In this document: positions 1 to 10,757 of the stretch, one piece after another
How the letters are laid out: every line of letters starts with the position of its first letter
Numbering within the stretch: the stretch's first letter is position 1
Source: a virus
Reading direction: 5' to 3' (one strand)
Virus record (IMG/VR): IMGVR_UViG_3300021141_000706
Length of the DNA: 64,000 nt
Program-made: the position numbers and the translations under genes
The notes under the pieces: model-generated
The model's input: only the letters and a program-made list of their open reading frames with translations
Database searches by the model: none
What the model was told of the DNA's origin: nothing

Positions 1-22
1 TGGTTTTTTAATATATAAATCA

Positions 23-1360
23 ATGAAATTATTTAGATATACAGAATTTATAAAGGAAAGCCTTTCTCAAAATACTATTCCAACATATGAACAAGCATTA
101 GAACTTTGTTCTGTTGAGGAAGCGCCATTTTATGAATCTAAGATGGTTGTGGATGGATTTAATGTATCTGTATTCAACTATCGTCTTGCTCAATACAAAG
201 ACTTTGCTTATCCAATTCCAGATAAGCCAGATTTAAAAGGTTATGAAATGAGAGGTTTAACTTTTGTTTTCAATGAAGATGGTTCATTATATAATAGATA
301 TGTACTACTTGAAAAGTTCTTTAACTTGAATCAAGTACCGGAATCTTTATACTCAGTTGTTAAGAACTATAAAATCAAATTTGTGAATAATAAAGAAGAT
401 GGTTCTATTGCTTCTTTTGTTAAGTTACCAAACGGTAAGATTGTTGGTAAATCTAAAATGGGATTTGATAACGACCAAGCTGATGGTATTAACAGAGTTT
501 ATAAAACTAACAAAGAAGTTAAATCTTTAGTTGATTGGGCTTTGAATAATAATATCGTGCCAATTTTTGAATATGTGGCACCAAACAATCGTATTGTTTT
601 AAGATATCCAAGCGAAGAATTAATCTTATTAAGATTAAGAGATAATGTTACTGGTAAACACATTGATATTAGAGACCACTTAGATAAAGTAGGTTCTATT
701 AGAGTTGCGCCATTTGAAGATGATGTAAGAGACTTAGATCACTTAGTTGAGCTAACTGCTACTCAAGTAGATAAAGAAGGCTCTATTGTTACTTGTGAAG
801 ATGAACACGGTAGAGATTTCTTCTTTAAGTTGAAGACTCCTTGGTATTGTGAACGTCACGGTTTACTTACTCAAGACTTATATAGAGAACATATTATTAT
901 TGGTTATATCTTAGATGATAAGATAGATGATATCTTAGGTCAGATACCAGAAGATGAAAAAGAAGCACATATTAGAATTAATAAAATAATTACTATTGTC
1001 AAAAAATCAATTTCTGATAAAGTGTCAGAAATTGAAAGAGTTTACGAACAATTTGTCAAATCTGGAATTTCTAAAAAAGATTATGCCATAAATCAAAGAA
1101 AAGGTAATCCTAACTTTGGTTTTGTAATGAATATGGTTAAAGCCGATGATTTGAAAAAGATGTCTAAAGAAGAAATTCTTGATATCTATGATAATATGGA
1201 AGACTATGAAAAAGCATTACAAAGATGTGAGCCATATGAAATGGCTAAAGGTTGGTTAAGAGATTTAACTAAGAGATTGAATTTATCAAGAGAATGGTTA
1301 CAAACAAAAGATAAAACTTTATTTTTTCAAGATCCAGAAGAAAGTGAAGATGATAATTAA
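23..1360 (+). CDS. RNA ligase, T4 Rnl1-like, with N-terminal tag
   Basis: EMRGLTF, KFFNLNQ, KEDGS (motif I), FEYVAPNNRIV, EG...KLKT motifs. Confidence 0.9.
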   Translation: MKLFRYTEFIKESLSQNTIPTYEQALELCSVEEAPFYESKMVVDGFNVSVFNYRLAQYKDFAYPIPDKPDLKGYEMRGLTFVFNEDGSLYNRYVLLEKFFNLNQVPESLYSVVKNYKIKFVNNKEDGSIASFVKLPNGKIVGKSKMGFDNDQADGINRVYKTNKEVKSLVDWALNNNIVPIFEYVAPNNRIVLRYPSEELILLRLRDNVTGKHIDIRDHLDKVGSIRVAPFEDDVRDLDHLVELTATQVDKEGSIVTCEDEHGRDFFFKLKTPWYCERHGLLTQDLYREHIIIGYILDDKIDDILGQIPEDEKEAHIRINKIITIVKKSISDKVSEIERVYEQFVKSGISKKDYAINQRKGNPNFGFVMNMVKADDLKKMSKEEILDIYDNMEDYEKALQRCEPYEMAKGWLRDLTKRLNLSREWLQTKDKTLFFQDPEESEDDN

Positions 1361-1629
1361 CTTACAACACCTCCAATATTCATCAATATTGGTGCTGAAT
1401 TTCTCATGTCGCCTTTAGATATAAATGTTTTGATATTATCAATATTTATTGATGAATTCATTTCATCTGGATATTCAGTAAAGTAATCTACTAAAAATTT
1501 TATATTTTCCTCTTCACTCATATCATCATTCCAAATGTTTTTTAAATTAGTCTTATTGATTTCAATAAAATCTAAAACCTTCTTGTTTAATACTGGATTC
1601 CATTCAGACCATTCTTTTATAAATTTCAT
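1357..1629 (-). CDS. hypothetical protein with N-terminal tag
   Basis: Starts MKFIKEWSEW; TAATATATA just upstream on the minus strand. Confidence 0.7.
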   Translation of the reverse strand: MKFIKEWSEWNPVLNKKVLDFIEINKTNLKNIWNDDMSEEENIKFLVDYFTEYPDEMNSSINIDNIKTFISKGDMRNSAPILMNIGGVVS

Positions 1630-1689
1630 TAATTATATATTAAACTTTTACTACATCAAAAAATATAAACTTAGTGCTGAATGAAAAAA

Positions 1690-1729
1690 TGACAAATTGT
1701 CAGTAAATAAACTTTGGCACTTAGATTGA
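1690..1729 (+). promoter_or_regulatory. inverted repeat TGACA-N3-TGTCA plus sigma54-like TGGCAC-N5-TTGA upstream of dnaK
   Basis: TGACAaatTGTCA at 1690-1702; TGGCACttagaTTGA at 1715-1729. Confidence 0.55.
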
Positions 1730-1761
1730 TATAATACTAATAAAAAAAAGAATAAATAAAT

Positions 1762-3648
1762 ATGGCAAAAGACGTAATTATTGGAATTGACTTAGGAACT
1801 ACAAACTCATGTGTTGCTGTAGTTGAAGGTGGTGAACCAATTGTAATCACCAACTCTGAAGGAAAAAGAACAACTCCTTCAGTTGTCGGATTTACCGACA
1901 ACGATAGAAAAATTGGAGACCCTGCTAAACGTCAGGCAGTTACCAATCCAAAAAACACTGTTTACTCTATCAAGAGATTCATCGGTAAAGACTTTTCAGC
2001 TTGTACTGACGAGGTAACGAAAGTTCCTTATCAAGTAGTTAAAGCTGGTAAGAATGTACCTGGTGTTCAAATCGGAGATAGAACTTACACACCTCAAGAA
2101 ATCTCAGCTATGATTCTTCAGAAAATGAAGAAAACTGCTGAAGATTATTTAGGGTATGAAGTAAAAAGAGCTGTTATTACAGTTCCTGCTTACTTCGGAG
2201 ACGCTGAAAGAACTGCGACTATTGAAGCTGGTGAAATCGCTGGTTTGAAAGTTGAGCGTATCATCAACGAACCAACTGCTGCTGCCTTGGCTTATGGCTT
2301 AGACAAAAAGAATACAGATTCTAAAATCTTAGTATTCGACTGTGGTGGTGGTACTCATGATGTATCAGTTCTAGAAATTGGTGATGGTGTATTTGAAGTT
2401 AAATCTACTGATGGTGATACTCACTTAGGTGGCGACGACTTCGATAATGCTATTATCGACTGGATGGTTGAAGAATTCAAATCTGAACATTCAATGGATC
2501 TTTCTAAAGATCCAATGGCTCTTCAACGTTTGAAAGATGCGGCTGAAAAGGCTAAGATTGAATTGTCTTCTACTTCTCAATCTGAAATCAACCTTCCTTA
2601 TATCACTGCTCAAGATGGTATGCCTTTACACTTTGTAAAACAATTAACTAAAGCTAAATTCGATCAAATGACTTCAAGTCTTGTTGATAGAGCTATTGCT
2701 TGTGCTAAATCTGCTTTGAAAAGTGCTGGGTTAAAACCGTCTGACATTGATGAAGTTATTCTTGTTGGTGGTTCTACAAGAATTCCTTCTATTCAAGAAG
2801 CTTTAGAAAAGTTTGTTGGTAAGAAACCAAATAAATCAGTTAACCCTGATGAAGTTGTCGCCTTAGGTGCTGCTATTCAAGGTGCTGTATTGACTGGTGG
2901 AATCACAGACGTTCTTCTTCTTGATGTTACTCCACTATCTTTAGGTATTGAAACTATGGGTAGTGTAATGACTAAGTTGATTGAAGCAAATACAACAATT
3001 CCTACCCGTAAGTCTGAAACGTTCTCAACTGCTGCTGACAATCAACCATCTGTAGAAATTCACGTTCTACAAGGTGAAAGACCAATGGCTAAGGATAACC
3101 GTTCGTTAGGTAGATTCCATCTTGATGGTATCATGCCAGCTCCGAGAGGTATTCCTCAAGTAGAGGTAACATTAGACATTGATGCTAATGGTATTCTATC
3201 TGTATCTGCTAAAGATAAAGCTAGTGGAAAAGAAAACAAAATCCGAATTGAAGGTGGTTCTCAACTATCTAAAGAGGAAATTGAAAGAATGAAAGCTGAA
3301 GCTGAATTAAATGCTGAGTCTGACCGTCTTGAAAGAGAATTGGTTGACAAAGTAAATATGGCTGATAATCTTATCTTCCAAACAGAAAAACAAATCAAAG
3401 AATTTGCTGATAAGTTAACTGAAGAAGATAAGTCTGCTTTGAATCAAGACTTAGAGTCATTGAAAACAGCTCATTCAACTAAAGATGCTCAAGCAATTGA
3501 CATAACATCTGAAAAATTGAATAGTACTTGGTCAACAATCTCAACAAGATTATACCAAGAATCTCAATCAGAACCACAGGTTAATACAGATACTGACACT
3601 GGTAATGGCGGTGATGTTGAAGACACTTCTTACGAAGAAGTTAAATAA
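1762..3648 (+). CDS. dnaK: Hsp70 chaperone DnaK
   Basis: [47 protein letters not shown]; full length. Confidence 0.98.
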   Translation: MAKDVIIGIDLGTTNSCVAVVEGGEPIVITNSEGKRTTPSVVGFTDNDRKIGDPAKRQAVTNPKNTVYSIKRFIGKDFSACTDEVTKVPYQVVKAGKNVPGVQIGDRTYTPQEISAMILQKMKKTAEDYLGYEVKRAVITVPAYFGDAERTATIEAGEIAGLKVERIINEPTAAALAYGLDKKNTDSKILVFDCGGGTHDVSVLEIGDGVFEVKSTDGDTHLGGDDFDNAIIDWMVEEFKSEHSMDLSKDPMALQRLKDAAEKAKIELSSTSQSEINLPYITAQDGMPLHFVKQLTKAKFDQMTSSLVDRAIACAKSALKSAGLKPSDIDEVILVGGSTRIPSIQEALEKFVGKKPNKSVNPDEVVALGAAIQGAVLTGGITDVLLLDVTPLSLGIETMGSVMTKLIEANTTIPTRKSETFSTAADNQPSVEIHVLQGERPMAKDNRSLGRFHLDGIMPAPRGIPQVEVTLDIDANGILSVSAKDKASGKENKIRIEGGSQLSKEEIERMKAEAELNAESDRLERELVDKVNMADNLIFQTEKQIKEFADKLTEEDKSALNQDLESLKTAHSTKDAQAIDITSEKLNSTWSTISTRLYQESQSEPQVNTDTDTGNGGDVEDTSYEEVK

Positions 3649-3667
3649 CAGAGTCTCGTAGGAAAAC

Positions 3668-3698
3668 AAAAAACCCAGTCATTTGACTGGGTTTTTTT
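3668..3698. terminator. bidirectional intrinsic terminator
   Basis: A-tract, CCCAGTC-attt-GACTGGG, T-tract, between convergent genes. Confidence 0.85.
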
Positions 3699-3703
3699 AT
3701 TTA

Positions 3704-4960
3704 TTAATTTGCCATATCATATGAATCTTCATAAGATCCACCAGTATCTCTTAATAATCTATCAGAATCATCCCAATAAACATTACAAGCTGTTCCTGTA
3801 TCACTATTTATATAACATATAGTATCACAATAAGGATATTCACCAAAATCAGCGTCATCTAACTTAACTTCAATTGTACCTTTTCTAACTGAATTACCAT
3901 CAGTAAAATTTTCATCTGGTTCCATAGATTGTCTTTTCTTATACCACCAACCATTCTTTTCAGCAAATTGTTTGAATAATTCAACATCAGCATCAAGCGT
4001 TGTATAAATTCTATCCATAAATTTAATAGGTTGTCCATCTAATTTACAATCCCAAAGAATTGCTCTGCCCTTGATTCTATCATCAGTGTATTTTTCAGAT
4101 TCAATACTGCCACTATCACCATAAAGTATAACAAGTGATACTTGAGGGTTTTGTGTATAGATATCAAAATAATCAGAACTAACTTCAGCCATACAAGAAT
4201 TATTTAATGAACCACCACCATCAACATATCTATCTTCATCATTATTATCATACCAGTAAGCAATTTTATCACCTTTAACGATATCAAATTGTTTAAGAGC
4301 ATCTTTAGCAAAATCATAAGTTGCTTTATAAACATTAGTAAATTGTTCAATTTCTTGATCAGCAAAAGGTATTTTAGCCGCAGTAAGAATAGCTCTTACA
4401 ACTCTACCTATTTTAATATTATTTCTTGATGTTGACCAAATTCTTTGATCCTCAGCTTCTTTAGGCTCCATAGCTTCTTTGTTAATAACTCCAATTTTAT
4501 CACCTTCATATTCTTTAAACATAACATAGATTTTACCAGAAGTTCTACTAACAGTTTCTGCTAATATTAAACCTATCTCCCCGGCATTTGGTGCCCAACA
4601 ATTGTATTTTGCTTTATCATAACCAAGAGCTTCAAATATTTTATTATTTCTATCACTTGTAGTTAGGTATTTACCAGATTCTGTAATTACCCAAGTTTCT
4701 GGTTTATCTTTAGTTAATTCTTGAACTTTTCTATCAGGAGTAAAACTAACAGCATCTTTTAAGTCTGTTACATCAATATAATTTTGAGTAACACCATCAA
4801 CATCTTTAGAATAAAGACTTAATAATTGGGTAGCTAATTTATTAGCTTTCATCTTATTTAATAAGTTAATAAACTTTTTTGAGTAAACTACTTTAGACTC
4901 TAGTAAAAGTTCATAAACCACTTTCTCTGAAATATAATCTCCGTATTTAAGAATTGCCAT
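3704..4960 (-). CDS. phage hypothetical protein with N-terminal tag
   Basis: MAILKYGDYISE start; SCM, GRAILW, FMDRIY, YPYCDT motifs; TAATATATA upstream. Confidence 0.75.
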   Translation of the reverse strand: MAILKYGDYISEKVVYELLLESKVVYSKKFINLLNKMKANKLATQLLSLYSKDVDGVTQNYIDVTDLKDAVSFTPDRKVQELTKDKPETWVITESGKYLTTSDRNNKIFEALGYDKAKYNCWAPNAGEIGLILAETVSRTSGKIYVMFKEYEGDKIGVINKEAMEPKEAEDQRIWSTSRNNIKIGRVVRAILTAAKIPFADQEIEQFTNVYKATYDFAKDALKQFDIVKGDKIAYWYDNNDEDRYVDGGGSLNNSCMAEVSSDYFDIYTQNPQVSLVILYGDSGSIESEKYTDDRIKGRAILWDCKLDGQPIKFMDRIYTTLDADVELFKQFAEKNGWWYKKRQSMEPDENFTDGNSVRKGTIEVKLDDADFGEYPYCDTICYINSDTGTACNVYWDDSDRLLRDTGGSYEDSYDMAN

Positions 4961-5070
4961 TTGTAAAAATATTTTTATTAGGATATATATTAATTTCTAA
5001 AATTCCAATATTCATCTTTTATTTTATTTAAAATATTAAATATATACTTTATAAAAAAACAGCCAAAAAA

Positions 5071-5307
5071 ATGAAAGACAAAGTATCAAATTTGATTAAA
5101 ACTTTAGGTTTGGGCCTGAACGAGCTTGTATTTGACTTTGAAGTTGATGGAGTCAAATTTAATTCCATTGAATGGTTACCTGAAGAAGATAAGGTATTGC
5201 TTCACATATTTGAAGATGAAGAAATAGATTATCATTGTGATTTTGAGGGAATAGATATAGACAAACAAATAAAAGTCTATAAAATAATATCTGCCTTTAT
5301 AAATTAA
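5071..5307 (+). CDS. hypothetical protein
   Basis: 78-aa ORF filling the gap between genes. Confidence 0.6.
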   Translation: MKDKVSNLIKTLGLGLNELVFDFEVDGVKFNSIEWLPEEDKVLLHIFEDEEIDYHCDFEGIDIDKQIKVYKIISAFIN

Positions 5308-6284
5308 AGACTATTTAACATTTGTATCATCTCTTTTTGAGGAAATAAATCAAATTTATCTCTTCTAACTTGACCGTGGCTTCTAATTCCACCATTTTTC
5401 ATCCATGTTGTACTATAATCAAACCATTTTTCATTATAGATACCACCATCAATTTTTATAGCATATTTATTTACTAAATGTAGTATCAAGCTTCTACCAC
5501 TTTCTAATTGAGAATCTGTATATCTTTCATAGTATTCATATCCTTTAAATGGATTATCTAATTTAACAACATCTTTTTCATTAATTGGTTTATTTATCCA
5601 ATTATAAAATCTACCATCTTTACCAACAGTAAGTGGTCCGTAATTACAAAATTCAATAGCAACTGATCCTGAATTCAATTCTAAAGAATTATTTGAATTA
5701 ATGCCTAAGTGATATGCCCAGTATTTATCTTCAAATGCTCTCAAGATTTTACCATCCCATATATTTTCATCTGATGTTGATGATTTTCTACCAATAACAT
5801 AAGATGTACCCACTCTTAATGGTTGTATTAAACCATTTGGTCCTAAAACAGGATTGCCTGATTTATCTTTAATATAATCTTTTTCCCATCCATTTATACT
5901 CCAATCCGGTCTTGAACCACCGGCTGTATGATGTAAAAATATTGTGTCTTTTTTAGTTTCTTCTTTAATATATTCTTCATCTGATATTAGATGATCGTAT
6001 ATAATTAGACCTTTGTCATTATTATAAGATATTTCATGAGGAATTCCATTTCTAGTAAATGGCTCTTTACCAAAGTTCATCATTTTACTCCAAGTTAATG
6101 ATCCAACATTACCATCTGCTTTTGTATTAACGGCTCTTTGGAAATTAGTAACAGAAACTAAAGTATTTTGCCCAAAATGACTATCAATTCTTTCATTAAA
6201 GAATCCAAGTTCTTTTAGTTTAGTTTGTAAAAACTTAACATCTTCTCCAGACATTTTTAACGATAACACTCTTTGTAATTTCAT
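5304..6284 (-). CDS. endolysin: peptidoglycan-binding domain plus N-acetylmuramoyl-L-alanine amidase (Amidase_2)
   Basis: GEDVKFLQ...DGNVGSLTW PG-binding motif; IFLHHTAG, AYHLG, SHGQVRRDKFD; TAATATATA upstream. Confidence 0.85.
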   Translation of the reverse strand: MKLQRVLSLKMSGEDVKFLQTKLKELGFFNERIDSHFGQNTLVSVTNFQRAVNTKADGNVGSLTWSKMMNFGKEPFTRNGIPHEISYNNDKGLIIYDHLISDEEYIKEETKKDTIFLHHTAGGSRPDWSINGWEKDYIKDKSGNPVLGPNGLIQPLRVGTSYVIGRKSSTSDENIWDGKILRAFEDKYWAYHLGINSNNSLELNSGSVAIEFCNYGPLTVGKDGRFYNWINKPINEKDVVKLDNPFKGYEYYERYTDSQLESGRSLILHLVNKYAIKIDGGIYNEKWFDYSTTWMKNGGIRSHGQVRRDKFDLFPQKEMIQMLNSL

Positions 6285-6298
6285 ATCTTATATATTAA

Positions 6299-6805
6299 TT
6301 ATTGCTTATATCTTTGTGCGTTTTGAATTTCTAAATAAGCTTTTATATCTTCATATCTAACAGCACCTGGATTAAATGTTACCATTTCAGAATTACCTGT
6401 AGGTTTTGGTTCAACTTTCTTTTCAGTATTTGCTTTAATTCTTTCTTCGTGTTCTTCTTCAACCTTTTTAAGAATATGACCTAGATAAAAATCTATTCCC
6501 TTTTCTCTTATTAATTCAAAATCAACATCAATCAAAAATTCTTCATTTTCAGGACCGACATAGATAGCCATTACTGGATCTTTAATAAAAACGTCAGTAT
6601 AAAATTTTATATCACCAACATTACCTTGTGCGTAAATAGTTGTTCTATATTGTGTGTTATAATAATATGAAAATCTATCTTTATCATTAAATTCTCTATT
6701 ACCATTTCTATCAACAGTAGCAGCGAGACCAAGATTAATCTTAAAATATCTACACTTTTTAACTTCTTGTATTACAAATGTGTTTGTTACTACATTATAT
6801 GCCAT
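6299..6805 (-). CDS. hypothetical protein
   Basis: 168-aa ORF; TAATAAATA upstream. Confidence 0.7.
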   Translation of the reverse strand: MAYNVVTNTFVIQEVKKCRYFKINLGLAATVDRNGNREFNDKDRFSYYYNTQYRTTIYAQGNVGDIKFYTDVFIKDPVMAIYVGPENEEFLIDVDFELIREKGIDFYLGHILKKVEEEHEERIKANTEKKVEPKPTGNSEMVTFNPGAVRYEDIKAYLEIQNAQRYKQ

Positions 6806-6841
6806 ACATTATTTATTAAAAATCTAGATCTTCCTTAAAAT

Positions 6842-6868
6842 AAAAAAACCCTATGTTATAGGGTTTTT
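6842..6868. terminator. intrinsic terminator
   Basis: A7-CCCTAT-gtt-ATAGGG-T5. Confidence 0.7.
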
Positions 6869-6871
6869 AAT

Positions 6872-7456
6872 TTATTCTGTCTCAATTTCAAATTCTTCTT
6901 CATCACCAAACTTATCATCGATTTCGATTTTTAAGTCAATTAAAAATTCCTCATCAATATCTTTAATTTTAACATTTTTAGTTATTTGACCAATAACCTC
7001 AAATGTATCTAGATTATATTTTTTAAATTTAATGTAACACATTTCAATATTTTCATAAGAGAAGTCTTTAGTAGCATCTTTAGGCATAGCATCTTTAATA
7101 TCAATTGCTAAGTAAAGATTATATGTTGCCTCATCATCTGTAAACTTGATAGTTAAAGAGTCATACATTTTTGAATATTTAGAAACCTCTGAACTATCTA
7201 ATCTAACGCCTAAATCTTTTAAAGACATTTTAGATTTATCTCTACTTTCAGACTTAGCCTTTTGTATAGATTTACTACCGTCTTTTTCTTTTTCTAATTC
7301 ATCAGCTGGTCCATTAACATCCGATTCACCTTCTTGAAACTCAAACATCTTATCAAACTTTCTCTTTAATTGGTTAAGTGCTATTTCAACATATGATTCA
7401 GGAGTATCATTCATAATCTCCTCGTTGATAAATTCTGAGTATTTTCTAATTTTCAT
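6872..7456 (-). CDS. acidic hypothetical protein with N-terminal tag
   Basis: MKIRKYSEFINEE; TAATATATA upstream. Confidence 0.75.
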   Translation of the reverse strand: MKIRKYSEFINEEIMNDTPESYVEIALNQLKRKFDKMFEFQEGESDVNGPADELEKEKDGSKSIQKAKSESRDKSKMSLKDLGVRLDSSEVSKYSKMYDSLTIKFTDDEATYNLYLAIDIKDAMPKDATKDFSYENIEMCYIKFKKYNLDTFEVIGQITKNVKIKDIDEEFLIDLKIEIDDKFGDEEEFEIETE

Positions 7457-7481
7457 AATGTATATATTAAATATTATTCCT

Positions 7482-7489
7482 TATATTTG
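7482..7489 (+). promoter_or_regulatory. Bacteroidota -7 promoter element TAnnTTTG
   Basis: TATATTTG 5 nt before the uvsE ATG. Confidence 0.6.
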
Positions 7490-7494
7490 TATTT

Positions 7495-8421
7495 ATGATG
7501 AAGAATATCGGATATTGTTGTATTCCAATGGGATGTAACGAAGGTAAACCTAAAAAAGAACATATAACAGTTAATAGAGGTATGGTTCGTAGAACTTTTG
7601 ATGCTAAAGGCTTGCCTTATGCTTCCGAGTTAATTATTGAGAATCTAAAAGATACTCTCAAAGTTCTAGACTATAATCTTAAAAATCATATCTATATCTA
7701 TCGTTTGAGTTCAGACTCATTTCCATGGATGTCTGAATATGAATTCTCTGACTTACCAAATTTCAAATTGATTCAAATTCTTATGGCTCAAATTGGTGAG
7801 AAGATTAAATCAAATAAAATTCGTGTGAGCTATCACCCAGGTCCTTTCAACGTTTTGGCAAGTGAGAATCCATCAGTTGTTGAGAAAACAATTAAAGAGT
7901 TAAATAAACACGCTGAATTAATGGATTTAATGAACTTAGACAAGACTACGTTCTATCCGATAAACATTCATATCAATACAACTAAACCTACCAGAGAAGA
8001 AGCCGCAGTGCGTTTCTGTGAGCAGTTTGAGAACCTAAGTGAATCTTGTAAGTTAAGATTAGTTGTTGAGAATGATGATGGTCAAAATCAATACTCTGTA
8101 AAGATGTTACACGACTGGGTTCATACTAAGATTGGTATTCCAATTACTTTTGACCAACATCACTTTAACTATGGTCCACAAGACCAATCAATGGAAGAAG
8201 CATTGAGATTAGCTCACTCTACTTGGAAAACAAGAGCCTTAACTCATATGAGTTCACCAAAAACATTAGAAGATACATCAGGAAAACAAACAGCACATGC
8301 CGATTATATTTATGAAGAAATTAAAACATTTGGTCTTGACTTTGATACAGAAATCGAAGCGAAAGCAAAAGACCTCGCAGTTATTAGATATAGAAATCAG
8401 TTTAAAGTTCTCAAAGGGTGA
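7495..8421 (+). CDS. uvsE: UV-damage endonuclease
   Basis: IGYCC, YRLSSDSFP, HPGPFNVLAS, ENDD, FDQHH, HADYI, EAKAKDLA. Confidence 0.93.
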   Translation: MMKNIGYCCIPMGCNEGKPKKEHITVNRGMVRRTFDAKGLPYASELIIENLKDTLKVLDYNLKNHIYIYRLSSDSFPWMSEYEFSDLPNFKLIQILMAQIGEKIKSNKIRVSYHPGPFNVLASENPSVVEKTIKELNKHAELMDLMNLDKTTFYPINIHINTTKPTREEAAVRFCEQFENLSESCKLRLVVENDDGQNQYSVKMLHDWVHTKIGIPITFDQHHFNYGPQDQSMEEALRLAHSTWKTRALTHMSSPKTLEDTSGKQTAHADYIYEEIKTFGLDFDTEIEAKAKDLAVIRYRNQFKVLKG

Positions 8422-8653
8422 TCGTGTTGTTATTGTGACACGAGCTTATGAGGATCTTAAATATCGAGTAGGTTCGGTGGTTGCTGCTAAAGATACACTG
8501 GAATTTAACTCATATAGAGTTGAACTAGATTTATATCCAAGTGGATATCAATTAAAACAACATTTAATACCTATTATTTTTGCTGAAGAAGAACTTCAGT
8601 TTGAAGATACATCTAAAGAAAGAGATTGGAAGTTAAAACAAGTTCTAAAATGA
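8297..8653 (+). CDS. small SH3/KOW-like protein with C-terminal tag (true start probably later)
   Basis: KFSKGDRVVIV...ERDWKLKQVLK; the long overlap with uvsE makes the 8297 start doubtful. Confidence 0.6.
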   Translation: MPIIFMKKLKHLVLTLIQKSKRKQKTSQLLDIEISLKFSKGDRVVIVTRAYEDLKYRVGSVVAAKDTLEFNSYRVELDLYPSGYQLKQHLIPIIFAEEELQFEDTSKERDWKLKQVLK

Positions 8654-8964
8654 TAAAAAAAATACTTTCTATATTCAAAAATAAAGAAGAAGAAATTTAT
8701 GGTTTTGTTAAATATAACAGAGGTGATGAAGTCAAAGTAACTATTTACTCTGAGGTGCCAGAATTTTGGTATATTGGTAAAGTATTAGATATTAATGCTC
8801 GTTATGTTCTGCCAGATATTAAACAAAGTTGGAAAGTAGAATATTATGTTTCATTTAAGAATAGTAAAGGAAGTGAACTAAGATACTGGTTCTTAGAATC
8901 AGAATTAAGAAAGTACTCTTTACAAGAAGAAAGAAATTCAAGAATAGACCAATTGTTAAATTAA
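8650..8964 (+). CDS. SH3-like protein with C-terminal tag
   Basis: KYNRGDEVKV...WFLESEL...ERNSRIDQLLN; ATGA overlap at 8650. Confidence 0.7.
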   Translation: MIKKILSIFKNKEEEIYGFVKYNRGDEVKVTIYSEVPEFWYIGKVLDINARYVLPDIKQSWKVEYYVSFKNSKGSELRYWFLESELRKYSLQEERNSRIDQLLN

Positions 8965-8982
8965 AACTTAATATATAAGTCT

Positions 8983-9345
8983 ATGAAGAAAATGAGTGAA
9001 TTAATCAAAGAAAGTGTAGGTTATGTAGGAGTTGGTTGTCAAAGCCTTAATTCTGAGTTAATATACTTGACAGAAGGTGGTAATCAGGTTGGGAGTCTTG
9101 TACTTATTTATAACGAAAATACAGCTTCTATTTTTTCAGTAGAAGTTCTAAATAAACATAGAGGAAAAGGATATGGTAAGAAATTAGTAGTTGAGGCTAT
9201 TAGTAGAGCTAAGTCTAAAGGTTCATATGTTTTAGAGTTAAATACAGAAACAGATAATACTGTTGCTAATAATCTTTATCAATCTTTAGGATTTGAATTA
9301 AGAGGATTAAAAGATGATTTTAATAATTACATAAAAACATTATAA
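8983..9345 (+). CDS. GNAT acetyltransferase with N-terminal tag
   Basis: HRGKGYGKKL, NTVANNLYQSLGF; MKKMSELIKES; TAATATATA upstream. Confidence 0.88.
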   Translation: MKKMSELIKESVGYVGVGCQSLNSELIYLTEGGNQVGSLVLIYNENTASIFSVEVLNKHRGKGYGKKLVVEAISRAKSKGSYVLELNTETDNTVANNLYQSLGFELRGLKDDFNNYIKTL

Positions 9346-9348
9346 AAG

Positions 9349-9376
9349 AAAAGAGAGTCAAATGACTCTCTTTTTT
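9349..9376. terminator. bidirectional intrinsic terminator
   Basis: GAGAGTC-aaat-GACTCTC flanked by A and T tracts. Confidence 0.85.
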
Positions 9377-9398
9377 GTTATTGCTAGACTTTTTTTGC

Positions 9399-9776
9399 TT
9401 ATTTTTTAAGACCTAAAGCTTGTCTTGTCATTTCTCTAAGATGTTCAATACTTTCATCTCTTTTTTGTAGCTCCTGATAAATACTTGCTACTTCTTTATT
9501 ATATCCGTCATATAATTTATCACAACGGCTATCTAACTTTCTATCTAAGTCATTGTAAACATTAGACACTGAGTTATCAAACTCTACTAATCTATTGTTT
9601 ATGTTTTGTACCTCAGCAATTAAGGCATTTTGTAGATTTGTAATGTCTACTACATTGTCTTTAACAACTTGTCTTAACTTTCTCACAACCACAACCAAGT
9701 AAGCTATAGAGCCTACGACCGCAACTGACAAAAGAGTAATCAAAACTGTTACTAAAATTAATTGTAAATTTTCCAT
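9399..9776 (-). CDS. membrane-anchored coiled-coil protein
   Basis: N-terminal hydrophobic helix followed by heptad pattern. Confidence 0.7.
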   Translation of the reverse strand: MENLQLILVTVLITLLSVAVVGSIAYLVVVVRKLRQVVKDNVVDITNLQNALIAEVQNINNRLVEFDNSVSNVYNDLDRKLDSRCDKLYDGYNKEVASIYQELQKRDESIEHLREMTRQALGLKK

Positions 9777-9778
9777 TT

Positions 9779-10252
9779 TTAATTGTTTATTTTTTGTTGT
9801 CTAGCAATTTCTTTTTCTTTTTCTAATTCTTCTGGATGAAGTAAACCTCTTCCATAGACTTTAAATCTATCTGAGTATCTTAGTTTAACTCTATCTGAAA
9901 TAGGAATGGGTGATCCTTCTCCATCAAGTTTAACGAATACCATTTTTGTTGAACAAACCAATTCTTGTTTACCAGTATGAACATTATGTTTTCTTGCCTC
10001 AAGATTGATAGTGATTGATGTTGTTCCAAATTTATCAACCGAAGCATAAATTTTGATAAGGTTACCTACTCTAACAGGGCTTTGAAAAACTACTTCTTCT
10101 ATTTTCATTGTGACCATTTTATCCGAGTCACATATTTGACAAGCGTATGCCGCTGCTGCTTCATCTAAAAATGACATCATATTACCACCAAAGAGATTAC
10201 CGTGAACTCCTAAGTCTAATGCCATACAAATTTTTGTTGTTACTAATTCCAT
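9779..10252 (-). CDS. acyl-CoA thioesterase (hotdog fold, YciA-like)
   Basis: DLGVHGNLFGGNMMSFLDEAA, FQSPVRVG, GTTSI, FVKLD. Confidence 0.9.
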   Translation of the reverse strand: MELVTTKICMALDLGVHGNLFGGNMMSFLDEAAAAYACQICDSDKMVTMKIEEVVFQSPVRVGNLIKIYASVDKFGTTSITINLEARKHNVHTGKQELVCSTKMVFVKLDGEGSPIPISDRVKLRYSDRFKVYGRGLLHPEELEKEKEIARQQKINN

Positions 10253-10254
10253 AA

Positions 10255-10755
10255 TTACTTTAATATTTCTTCTAATTTATTATCTCTTTCTTCGTACTTC
10301 TCTGTTATATCAGCATATCTTAATCTATATGATGTGCTTAGATTTACTAGATCTACATATTTTATAATTGAAAAGAGCACAAATGTTTTCCATCTTCTCT
10401 TTTCAAAAAAATCATTAACTAAATCTTCGGATTCAAATTCTTTTGTTTCAGCATTATATTGTTTTGAAACTATTTTATTATCAACTACTTTCATTATATG
10501 AAATGATGGCATCGAAGTAACATAAGAAATTTTAGTCCAATGTTTATCTAAAAATTGACCTAACCATAATGATGGATCAACTGTAGCCATTCTAACATTA
10601 CTATTATCACTACCCATTCTAAAGCAGTTATCAATTAGTATTTTAATACCTTCAAGATTATTCTCACCAATAGGATAAACTGATATACTTTTTGGATCCG
10701 TATTCGTTAGTTGAGTCGGTCCATTTAAATTTTTTATAAAGTCTTTGAATATCAT
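10255..10755 (-). CDS. hypothetical protein with C-terminal tag
   Basis: Ends ERDNKLEEILK. Confidence 0.7.
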   Translation of the reverse strand: MIFKDFIKNLNGPTQLTNTDPKSISVYPIGENNLEGIKILIDNCFRMGSDNSNVRMATVDPSLWLGQFLDKHWTKISYVTSMPSFHIMKVVDNKIVSKQYNAETKEFESEDLVNDFFEKRRWKTFVLFSIIKYVDLVNLSTSYRLRYADITEKYEERDNKLEEILK

Positions 10756-10757
10756 AT

